IMG/VR virus record: IMGVR_UViG_3300006046_000004
Coordinates: 1-40,642 of that record
Length of the DNA: 40,642 nt
Source: a virus
Strand: one strand, 5' to 3'
Made by a program: the position numbers and the translations under genes. The notes below the pieces were generated by a model. It was given only the letters and a program-made list of their open reading frames with translations, had not been told where the DNA came from and made no database searches. Shown here piece after piece: positions 33,056 through 40,642 of this stretch; positions within the stretch are counted from its first letter, which is position 1, and each line of letters opens with the position of its first letter.

Positions 33056-33811
33056 GTGCCCGCTACCAATCAAAACGATGACGGCGACGCCGCGCTGGTG
33101 CCAGTGTTCAAGGCCTCGTCCATTCAAAATCCGGCCAAGAGCCTCCTCGCTGGCCGGCCGATCCACGACGACTGCGAGGTTGTCGAGATTAGGAAGCCCG
33201 GCTCACGCGACTGGCACGTGCATGGCGCGCACGAGCAGTCACACGCGGTGTACGACCCCTACAGCGGCGAGCGGTCGTATGTGACCTACGCCGAGCGGTT
33301 CCGCAAGCAGTATGAGCAATTCAAGTCGCATCAGGCGCAGACCAAGTCCGGCACGCCGTTGACGGAGGTGGGGTTCCTGACGCTGGCGCGCATCGCCGAG
33401 CTGAAAGGCCAGAACATCTACACAATCGAGGCTTTGGCGGCGATCGACGGCAACGAACTCAAGAACCTCGGCTATGCCGGTCGCGATCTCAAGAATAAAG
33501 CGCAGGAGTACATCGCGGCGAGCCAGCAGGGCGCTCCCAACGCCATCGTGCTGGCTGAACTTGAAGCCTCAAAGGCGCTCATGATGACGATGCAGCAAGA
33601 ACTGGACGCTCTGAAGGCGAACGTGACCGAGAAGCGGTCATCCGAGAAATCGCACCCTGAGAAGGAGCGGTTTGCAAAAATGACGATCGAACAACTGCGC
33701 GCCTACATCGAGGAGGCGAGTGGCGAACCGATCCTGGGCGGCTTTATCCCGAAGGCGATCCTGCTGCGTCAGGCCTACGACCTCGCGGCTAGAGCCAAGG
33801 CTGCGGCATGA
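33056..33811 (+). CDS. Structural-module protein of unknown function (251 aa, GTG start)
   Basis: GGAGAA SD 4 nt upstream of GTG 33056; helical C-terminal half. Confidence 0.5.
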   Translation: MPATNQNDDGDAALVPVFKASSIQNPAKSLLAGRPIHDDCEVVEIRKPGSRDWHVHGAHEQSHAVYDPYSGERSYVTYAERFRKQYEQFKSHQAQTKSGTPLTEVGFLTLARIAELKGQNIYTIEALAAIDGNELKNLGYAGRDLKNKAQEYIAASQQGAPNAIVLAELEASKALMMTMQQELDALKANVTEKRSSEKSHPEKERFAKMTIEQLRAYIEEASGEPILGGFIPKAILLRQAYDLAARAKAAA

Positions 33812-34527
33812 CCATCCAAACAGTGATCACAGACGTATGCGCGGTGATCGGCGTCACGGCGCCGCCGACGTCTGTGTTCGCCAACATCAACAACAACCGC
33901 ACGCTGTTTGAACTCATTGCGCTCGCCAATGAAATGGCGCAGCGGATCGCCTATGAGAGTAGGGAGTGGGGTCGGCTGAAGGCCGCTGTCACGTTTCCCG
34001 GTGACGGTGTCACCGCGGCGTTCCCGCTGCCGTCAAACTTCAAGCGCATGCTGCTGACCACCAATGTGTGGCGCTCCACGAGCAATCTGCAGCCGATGGT
34101 GTTCCATCCCGACACTGACGAGTGGCTGCAGCGGCGTGCCGCAAATTACGCCGACGCCTGGGGCGAGTGGACGATCTACGGCGGCAACATCCACATCTGG
34201 CCAGTCATGGGTGTGGGCGTCACCGCACGATTTCCCTACCTCGACAAGAACTGCATCGCGCTCACCAGCGGCGGCTACGGCGACCGCTTCCTAGCCGACA
34301 CCGACACGTTCGTGCTCAACGAGCGGCTGCTGAAATTGGGCATGATCTGGCAGTGGAAGGCGAACAAGGGCTCGCCCTACGCCGAGGACATGGCGAATTT
34401 CGAAACCGCCTTGGCGATCGTGGCTGGCGCCGACAGCCCGGCCCCGATCATCGCCGGCAGCCGCCCGCTCTCGATGGCGGTGCGCACCGCCTATCCGTTC
34501 CCGCTGCCGACACCTGGGGGGCCATGA
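33808..34527 (+). CDS. Tail tubular protein A / adaptor-like protein (239 aa)
   Basis: Position after the capsid gene in a T7-like order; ATGA overlap with the upstream gene. The assignment rests on synteny only. Confidence 0.4.
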   Translation: MTIQTVITDVCAVIGVTAPPTSVFANINNNRTLFELIALANEMAQRIAYESREWGRLKAAVTFPGDGVTAAFPLPSNFKRMLLTTNVWRSTSNLQPMVFHPDTDEWLQRRAANYADAWGEWTIYGGNIHIWPVMGVGVTARFPYLDKNCIALTSGGYGDRFLADTDTFVLNERLLKLGMIWQWKANKGSPYAEDMANFETALAIVAGADSPAPIIAGSRPLSMAVRTAYPFPLPTPGGP

Positions 34528-34530
34528 CAA

Positions 34531-36399
34531 ATGCCCTACAACAATCTGCGACGCCAGGCGGTCCCGCAGCAATACGCGCAGCAGCTACAAACCTCGACGC
34601 TGGCGGCACCAACCCGCGGGCTCATTCAGAACGAAAGCTCGGCCTTCATGGGGCCGGGCGGCGCCATCGTGCAGGACAATTGGTTTCCAACGCTGCGCGG
34701 CGTGCAGTTGCGCGGCGGGTTTGAACGCTGGAACGACCTGCACGCGCTCGACTACCCGGCCTGGACCAACTCGCACGCCTATGCGGTTGACGGCACCATC
34801 GCTTACGATCCCGCCGATGGCACGGCCTGGCTGGTGGCGGTCGCCCACACCAGCGCGGCATCGCCGACGACATTCTCCGTCGACCGTGCCGCGCATCCGA
34901 CCTACTGGACCGCGCAGCCGGCAGCAATCACGCGCGAGCCGGTGATCAGCGCGTTTGAGTATGTCAGCGGCAATGAGCAGAAGATGTTCGCCGCCAACTC
35001 CACGAAACTGTTCGAGGTGACGTTTTCGGCCGCGCCGATCCTGGTCAAGAACCTGCAGACATCCGGCAACTACTGCGCCGCCCAGATGTCGAACGCGGGC
35101 GGCAACTGGCTGATCGCGGTGAACGAGAGCGGCGATCCGCCGTTGCGGTTCGACGGCACGGCTTGGGAGGTACTGTCGGCCGGATTTCCTACCAACCCCA
35201 TCACCGGGCCGCCCGGCACGCCAGTCGTGGACGGCGGTGGCCTGTCCTACGTCTGGAAATACCGCAATCGATTGTTTTTCATCGGGGCCGGCACAATGTC
35301 GGCCTGGTACCTCGACATCGACAGCGTCGGCGGCGCGCTGCAGGAAATCCCCCTGTCGGGCTCGGCGGCCAAGGGCGGTAGTCTGCTGTTCGGGGCCGAT
35401 TGGTCGATCGACGCCGGCGATGGCATTGACGACAAGTGCGTGTTCGTGACCGACCTCGGCGAAGTGCTGATTTTCACCGGATCAGACCCCTCCAACGCGG
35501 CCAACTGGCGGCAGGAGGGTCGCTACTCCATCAGCCCACCGCTCGGTATGAATGCTCACGTTGCCGTTGGCGGTGAACTGCTGATTCTCACGGTGGACGG
35601 CATCGTGCCGATCTCGCAGGCGATCACCAAGACCGGCGGCCAGTTGGACATGGCCATGCTCACGCGCCCGATTGAGGTGCTGTGGCATCAGGCCGTGGAC
35701 GAGAAGCGCACCTGGGCCTGGAGCGCCAAGAAGTGGGACGAGAAGTCGGCGGTGTTCATCGCCACGCCCGGCGGCAATCCGGGCGACCGCTATTGCTTGG
35801 TCGTCAACAACACGACGATCGCGTGGTGTCGCTATCTCGGCTACGACGCGGTGTGTTTCATCCGCATGCGCGGCGACATGTTTTTCGGCACGCAGGATGG
35901 CCTCGTGATGCAATGCGAGCGCACCGGCTACGACGACGGCAAGCCGTACGTGGCCACCTTGGTCGGCGGCTGGGAGATGTTCGGGGCCCCCGCGAACACC
36001 GTCACTTGGCATCAGTGCCGCGCGGTGTTTCGCAGTGGCATCGCACAGCCGTTCTACCCGCAGCTATCGGCGACCACCGACTACGTCGTGACCATCCCGA
36101 CACCGCCCCCGCCGGGCGTCGATCCCGGCGTGCAGGACGTGTGGGACCAGGGCAAGTGGGGACCCACCGGCTCTGGTGACTTGAACCCGCCGCCGCCTGC
36201 CGACATCGCCGCCTATGCGCAATGGGACCAGCCCTCGGTGCGGCTGTCGCCGGTACGCAACACGCTGTGGGTCAGTATCGGCATGACCGGATTCGCGCAC
36301 GCCCCGATCGTGCAGGTGACGGTGGCGCAACAGGCTACGCCCGATGTCGAATTGCTGGCGCTATCGACCACCTACGAGCGCGCCGGCGTGAACGTCTAA
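34531..36399 (+). CDS. Tail tubular protein B / nozzle-like protein (622 aa)
   Basis: Large beta-rich ORF following the adaptor-like gene; assignment by synteny. Confidence 0.4.
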   Translation: MPYNNLRRQAVPQQYAQQLQTSTLAAPTRGLIQNESSAFMGPGGAIVQDNWFPTLRGVQLRGGFERWNDLHALDYPAWTNSHAYAVDGTIAYDPADGTAWLVAVAHTSAASPTTFSVDRAAHPTYWTAQPAAITREPVISAFEYVSGNEQKMFAANSTKLFEVTFSAAPILVKNLQTSGNYCAAQMSNAGGNWLIAVNESGDPPLRFDGTAWEVLSAGFPTNPITGPPGTPVVDGGGLSYVWKYRNRLFFIGAGTMSAWYLDIDSVGGALQEIPLSGSAAKGGSLLFGADWSIDAGDGIDDKCVFVTDLGEVLIFTGSDPSNAANWRQEGRYSISPPLGMNAHVAVGGELLILTVDGIVPISQAITKTGGQLDMAMLTRPIEVLWHQAVDEKRTWAWSAKKWDEKSAVFIATPGGNPGDRYCLVVNNTTIAWCRYLGYDAVCFIRMRGDMFFGTQDGLVMQCERTGYDDGKPYVATLVGGWEMFGAPANTVTWHQCRAVFRSGIAQPFYPQLSATTDYVVTIPTPPPPGVDPGVQDVWDQGKWGPTGSGDLNPPPPADIAAYAQWDQPSVRLSPVRNTLWVSIGMTGFAHAPIVQVTVAQQATPDVELLALSTTYERAGVNV

Positions 36400-36411
36400 C
36401 GGAGGGTTACG

Positions 36412-37800
36412 ATGTCTAACACCGACATGGGGATGCCGCAGGACGCCAACGCCCGGCGCAATATGCTGGTGCGGATGCTGCTGTGGCAGGAAGCGCAGCG
36501 CAATGGCGGCGGCGAGGATGGTTCCACCGGCGGCACTGGATTCGGTGGCGCGAGTGGACCAAGCGGCGGACCTGGTGTCAGCGGTGGTGGTGCCCCTGGC
36601 AATTCCGGGCCTGGCGGTGCCCCTGGCAATTCCGGGCCTGGCGGTGGGCCCGCTGTCAGCGGTGGTGGTGGGCCTGGCACCCCAGGGACTGGCACCCCAG
36701 GGACTGCCGCAGCCAATGCAGCCAATGCGGCCGCAGCAGCAGCAGCGGCCGCAGCGGCGGCGGCACCTGCGACTAGCAACAATCCCGGACTTGGCGGCGG
36801 GCAAATCGGCCCAAGTTTGCCGGGGGGGTACACCTACACCGGCCCGGTCGATCCGTTGGAGGCAAATCCAGTGACGCCGGTTGAGAGCCGCGGCGGGCTG
36901 CCACCGCTGCCCAGTAACGTCATCGAGGCCATTACCGGAAACGTTCCGCCGGCACCATCAATGCCGCCGGTGACAACTGAGCCGACCATTCCACCGGACA
37001 TCCCGGACATCCCGCCTGACACCCCGCCGCCTAGCACTCCGCCGCCTGGCGCCCCACCGCCTAGCGCCCCGGCCGTGCAGGGCAATGCGCCGGCGCCGCC
37101 TGGATGGGGGGCCAATGTCGGCCTCACTGGATTCCAGGAAGACATTTCCCCGTCCGCGTTCGCCGGGTTTTCAAGTGCTGCCTTCGGCCCCAACGCCGGT
37201 TACGGACCAAACGCCAGCAACCCAGGGGTCGGGAACATCGCCGACGTTCCGGGAGTGACAGCCACCACCACCTATGGTGCTCCCGGCTTCGGCAACACCA
37301 ATAATTTTTCCGGCTTCGGCCAGAATGAACCAACGAGCTTTGGCGGGGTCTCACCGGCAAATCCCAACACTGGGGCGGTGCCGTATGCCGATCAATTCGG
37401 CACCGTGCCGTTCGCTTCAATTGACAATCCCCCTGCTTCTTACGCCTCGGTGCCGGGGCTTAATCCCGACGAGCCGGCATTTACCGACGAACCGGCATTT
37501 ACCGGCGACCCATTTGGCGAGGGCTTTGGCGCAGGCTTTGGCGGTGGCTTTGGCGGTGGCGGGTTTGGCGGCGCATCCTATGGCGACCCAGGCGGAGGCT
37601 ATGGCGCACCTGGAGGTGCCCCTGGTGGCGCACCCGAAGGCGCACCCGAAGGCGCACCCGAAGGCGCACCCGAAGGCGCTCCCGAAGGTGCCCCTGATGG
37701 TGGCGCTCCTGGTGCCTCTGAAGGTGCCCCAGAAGGCGACGACGACGACGATGGCGCTGCTGACGGGGATGACGACGACGGCGGGGACGACGACAGCTAA
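36412..37800 (+). CDS. Intrinsically disordered Gly/Pro/Ala-rich virion-module protein with a poly-Ala tract, GFG repeats, (GAPE)n repeats and a poly-Asp tail (462 aa)
   Basis: The translated sequence has an ordinary 30-aa N-terminus followed by low complexity. DNA tandem repeats: a 27-nt unit x2 near 36588-36641, and a 12-nt unit gaaggcgcaccc x4-5 near 37633-37690. Confidence 0.55.
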   Translation: MSNTDMGMPQDANARRNMLVRMLLWQEAQRNGGGEDGSTGGTGFGGASGPSGGPGVSGGGAPGNSGPGGAPGNSGPGGGPAVSGGGGPGTPGTGTPGTAAANAANAAAAAAAAAAAAAPATSNNPGLGGGQIGPSLPGGYTYTGPVDPLEANPVTPVESRGGLPPLPSNVIEAITGNVPPAPSMPPVTTEPTIPPDIPDIPPDTPPPSTPPPGAPPPSAPAVQGNAPAPPGWGANVGLTGFQEDISPSAFAGFSSAAFGPNAGYGPNASNPGVGNIADVPGVTATTTYGAPGFGNTNNFSGFGQNEPTSFGGVSPANPNTGAVPYADQFGTVPFASIDNPPASYASVPGLNPDEPAFTDEPAFTGDPFGEGFGAGFGGGFGGGGFGGASYGDPGGGYGAPGGAPGGAPEGAPEGAPEGAPEGAPEGAPDGGAPGASEGAPEGDDDDDGAADGDDDDGGDDDS

Positions 37801-38288
37801 TGCTGCGCTATTTGTACGGGCAAGACCAACTGGTGGCGCGGTTCGTGGCGCAGATGATCCCGCGCCTCGGCGGCCGCGGCTTCGGCCCCTGCCGCGCCAT
37901 CGGGATCTGCAAGGACGATGACCTCATCGCCGGCATTGTCTGGCACGAGATGTCGCCATCGTCGCAAGCCATGTCGATGAGCGGGGCGGCCCTGCCAGGG
38001 CATCTGTGGATCACGCCGGCCTCGCTGCGGCTGCTGGCCTATCCGTTCATGGACTGCGGCTGTCAGATGGTGGTCAACCAAGTGCCGGCATCCGACCAGC
38101 GACAACTGCGAATACTGGCGGCGCTGAATTATCAGTTTGTGACTGTGCCACGCTGGTTCGGCCGCGACGAAGACGGCGTATTCTGCCTGCTGACGAAAGA
38201 GGACTGGCTCGACAGCAAGCTGTGCCAGCGCGCGTTCCGGCAAGGCATGCAAGACGACAACAGGGCCGGCAACAGAAAGGTCGCGTGA
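37800..38288 (+). CDS. GNAT-like small protein common in phage tail/virion modules (162 aa)
   Basis: The layout MLRYLYGQDQLVARFVAQMIP...AIGICKDDDLIAGIVWHE...LRLLAYPFMDCGCQMVVNQVPASDQRQLRILAALNYQF resembles phage GNAT-fold proteins. The start overlaps the upstream TAA. Confidence 0.4.
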   Translation: MLRYLYGQDQLVARFVAQMIPRLGGRGFGPCRAIGICKDDDLIAGIVWHEMSPSSQAMSMSGAALPGHLWITPASLRLLAYPFMDCGCQMVVNQVPASDQRQLRILAALNYQFVTVPRWFGRDEDGVFCLLTKEDWLDSKLCQRAFRQGMQDDNRAGNRKVA

Positions 38289-38602
38289 TGACGGACATGT
38301 ATCAAGGCGGCGGCTATGGCGACATCGTGCCACCGCAAGGCCCGCGCAGTCAGATCACGCGCGCCCTCATGCAACAAACTAATGCACCGCCAGTACCGCC
38401 CGGCAGTATGCAGTTGCCAGGCACCGGCATGATACCACCCCCGACGCCGGGGATGCCGCCAGCCGCGCCAGGACCAATGGCACCAGGACCGATGGGCGCA
38501 GGTGCTGCACCGCCGATAGGCGGTAGCATGGGCGCACAGCCAGGGCAGGCACTGCCCGGTCTGTCACCGCCAGGCATCCGGCCGCTGACACCGCAGTATT
38601 AG
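38288..38602 (+). CDS. Pro/Gly/Met-rich small protein (104 aa)
   Basis: ATG overlaps the upstream TGA. This is the internal part of track ORF 38006..38602. Confidence 0.45.
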   Translation: MTDMYQGGGYGDIVPPQGPRSQITRALMQQTNAPPVPPGSMQLPGTGMIPPPTPGMPPAAPGPMAPGPMGAGAAPPIGGSMGAQPGQALPGLSPPGIRPLTPQY

Positions 38603-38630
38603 GGAGATGGCATCCTAAGCCATTGAAAAC

Positions 38631-40049
38631 ATGAGCTTTTTATTTGGTGATCCGCCAACCCCTCCCGATCCGCGGCTGACGGCGGGCGCGCAGACCTCCA
38701 CCAACATCGGCACCGCGGTCGCGAATGCGCGGCTCAACAATGTCAACCAAGTCACGCCGACCGGCAGCCTGACCTACACCGAGACCGGCAACAATGTATT
38801 CACCGATCCGGCCACGGGCCAGACCTACAACATCCCCGCGTTCACCCAGACTTCATCACTGACGCCGGCCGAGCAGGCAATCCAGGACCAGAACCAGCGG
38901 GCTCGCACCAATCTGGCGACGACTGGTGCCGAGCAAAGCGCCAGCCTTGGCCGGTTGCTGGGCACTCCACTTGACGTGAGCGGGGCGCCGGCGGCCGGCA
39001 GCCCTTCAATGCTCAGCGGCGCTCCGCAGACTTCGTTTGCCGACACCGGCACGCAACAGGGCGGCCTCGGCGATGCCGGCGCGCTGACGCGCAGCTATGG
39101 GCCGGCCGATGATTTCTCCGCCGATCGTGGCCGCGTCGAGCAGGCGCTGTACGGCCGGCTCAATCCGCAGCTCGGGCTGGAGCGGCAGCACATCGAGCAG
39201 ACCCTGGCTGACCAGGGCATCCGCTACGGCTCGCGGGCCTATCAAAATGCGATGGACGCCTACAACCGACAGGCCAATGACGCGCGGCTGGGCGTGACGG
39301 CGGCCAGCGGTGCTGAGCAGCAGCGCCTGATGCAGATGGCGCAGCAGCAGGCCCAGTTCCAGAACGAAGCGCAGAACCAAGCCTATACGCAGCTGCTCGG
39401 CCGCGGCCAGTTCGGCAACGCCGCGCAGCAGCAGGCAACGGCGCAGGCGGCCACGCGCGGGCAGTTCGCCAATGCCGCCGAGGCGCAAAACTTCGCCCAA
39501 CAGCAGGCGATGCTGAACGCGCAGAACGCCGCGAGGGGGCAATATTTCACGGAGCAGTACGCCAACCGGCAGGAGCCCATCAACGAGGTTTCTGCGCTGA
39601 CATCAGGCGGCCAGGTCTCGCGCCCGCAGTTCGGCGCGACCAACCAGACCAACATCCCGACCACCGACATCGCGAGCTTGATCAACCAAAATTTCAACCA
39701 GAACCTCGACATCTTCAAAACCCAGTCGGCCAACACCAGCGCCTTGCTGGGCGGCATCCTTGGCGCCGGCGGCAAGATCGGCGCGGCATACGCCGGGGCG
39801 CCATCCGACCGCCGCATCAAAGAGAACATCAGCAAGATGGGCTCGGTGTTCGCGGCCGACCCGCAGGGCGACCGCCACAAGCTGCCGATCTATCAATACT
39901 CGTTCAAAGCCGATCCGGCCTCGCGCCGTCATGTCGGCCCGATGGCACAGGACGTGGAGAAATTCGACTCCGGAGCCGTGGCCGAGATCGGCGGCATCAA
40001 GCATTTGGACCGACGCCGCGTCATGGGCGCGATCTTGAGGGCGAGCTAA
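38631..40049 (+). CDS. Gln-rich virion protein with a C-terminal peptidase S74-like intramolecular chaperone domain (472 aa)
   Basis: C-terminal PSDRRIKENISKMGSVF...LPIYQYSFK...HVGPMAQDVEKFDSGAV matches the S74 signature S-D-x-R-x-K ... GfiAQev. The central region is QQ/AQ-rich. Confidence 0.65.
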   Translation: MSFLFGDPPTPPDPRLTAGAQTSTNIGTAVANARLNNVNQVTPTGSLTYTETGNNVFTDPATGQTYNIPAFTQTSSLTPAEQAIQDQNQRARTNLATTGAEQSASLGRLLGTPLDVSGAPAAGSPSMLSGAPQTSFADTGTQQGGLGDAGALTRSYGPADDFSADRGRVEQALYGRLNPQLGLERQHIEQTLADQGIRYGSRAYQNAMDAYNRQANDARLGVTAASGAEQQRLMQMAQQQAQFQNEAQNQAYTQLLGRGQFGNAAQQQATAQAATRGQFANAAEAQNFAQQQAMLNAQNAARGQYFTEQYANRQEPINEVSALTSGGQVSRPQFGATNQTNIPTTDIASLINQNFNQNLDIFKTQSANTSALLGGILGAGGKIGAAYAGAPSDRRIKENISKMGSVFAADPQGDRHKLPIYQYSFKADPASRRHVGPMAQDVEKFDSGAVAEIGGIKHLDRRRVMGAILRAS

Positions 40050-40642
40050 ATGTCCGACACCTACGATCCAACGACGCCGCGGCCGCCAGGGTCCATCTTC
40101 TGGGGCAATGCCAAGCCAGGCTCACCGCTGAGCTACGAGGCGCTACAGACCCGACGCAAGATCGCCGAGGCGCTGCTGGGGCAACGCTCGCCGTATCCCA
40201 GGAACGTGGGCGAGGGAATAGCCTCGCTCGGCGAGAGTATCGGCGGGGCCATACAATTATCCCGGCTCGAAGAGCAGGAGCAACAGAGTGCAGCGCGCGA
40301 GGCTGGCGTTCGCAAAGGGCTGTTCGGAGGCGAGCCGACGCCGCCGACTACAGCCGCGACACCCGCGCCCGACGAGATCGCCGCTGGAGCGCCGCGCGAG
40401 GCCGGACCGCCCGTCAGCAACGTCGTTCCTAGCAATGTGCCACTCACTCCAGCCTTCACCGGGCCGGGCTATGCGCGGCCAGGTGGTCGCGATGCCATCG
40501 CCACACAAATGGCTGGCGTTCCGCTGCCACCGCCGCGGCCAGTCTATGACCGCAATCCGCAACTTGCCGAATTGCAGGACAACCCCGTGCTCGCAGACCG
40601 CATTCGCACCATCGCCAAGGGCGAAAGCAATGATCCGCGCGA
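40050..40642 (+). CDS. 5' part of the junction-spanning virion protein gene (continues at nt 1; see 1..1822)
   Basis: ATG 40050 directly follows the TAA at 40047-40049. The frame is open to the window end, and its last 89 nt are the same codons as 2..90. Confidence 0.6.
   Translation, partial: MSDTYDPTTPRPPGSIFWGNAKPGSPLSYEALQTRRKIAEALLGQRSPYPRNVGEGIASLGESIGGAIQLSRLEEQEQQSAAREAGVRKGLFGGEPTPPTTAATPAPDEIAAGAPREAGPPVSNVVPSNVPLTPAFTGPGYARPGGRDAIATQMAGVPLPPPRPVYDRNPQLAELQDNPVLADRIRTIAKGESNDPR
40553..40642. repeat. Second copy of the 90-bp terminal overlap (identical to 1-90)
   Basis: Direct comparison of the two ends. Confidence 0.95.

Noticed and set aside
1-40642. Integrase/attP, tRNA genes, CRISPR arrays, DNA or RNA polymerase
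   Set aside because: I looked for tyrosine/serine recombinase-like ORFs, cloverleaf-like segments, regularly spaced repeats and polymerase motifs and recognised none. The only regular repeats are the 16-bp triplet at 9016 and the iterons at about 21020-21180, neither of them CRISPR-like.

Overview
The window is a complete, high-GC dsDNA phage genome of about 40.55 kb. Nt 1-90 are identical to nt 40553-40642, so the contig closes on itself, and one 774-codon virion gene (ATG 40050 to stop 1822) spans the junction. I saw no integrase, tRNA, rRNA or CRISPR array.

Two divergent arms leave a switch region at 24243-24487.

- Leftward arm (minus strand, 24242 down to 6792): an XRE-type HTH regulator, a VRR-NUC nuclease and a RepA/AAA_25-type replication ATPase, followed by an iteron-dense putative origin and a stand-alone FtsH(M41)-like peptidase domain. 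Next come Zn-ribbon and small membrane proteins, small and large terminase, a C5 DNA methyltransferase and the portal. The arm ends in an accessory tail holding low-complexity Pro/Gly/Gln proteins, a PARP-like ART-fold candidate, two secreted proteins with a shared PEP-CTERM-like anchor, and an Ig-like protein.
- Rightward arm (plus strand, 24488 through the junction to 6823): small early genes, many of them tiny ATGA-coupled membrane proteins, then an ERF annealase plus YqaJ-type exonuclease and a holin/endolysin pair. The structural genes follow in T7-like order: scaffold, major capsid, tail-tube-like proteins, disordered and internal virion proteins, and a tail fibre with an S74 chaperone domain. 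The arm closes with a 2OG-Fe(II) oxygenase and an HD-like partner.

Two HNH homing-endonuclease genes sit in the structural module. Two module junctions carry short, synonymously recoded duplications of the neighbouring gene end: the tail-fibre start and the terminase C-terminal tail.

All family assignments come from motifs read by eye. No database search or computation was possible.
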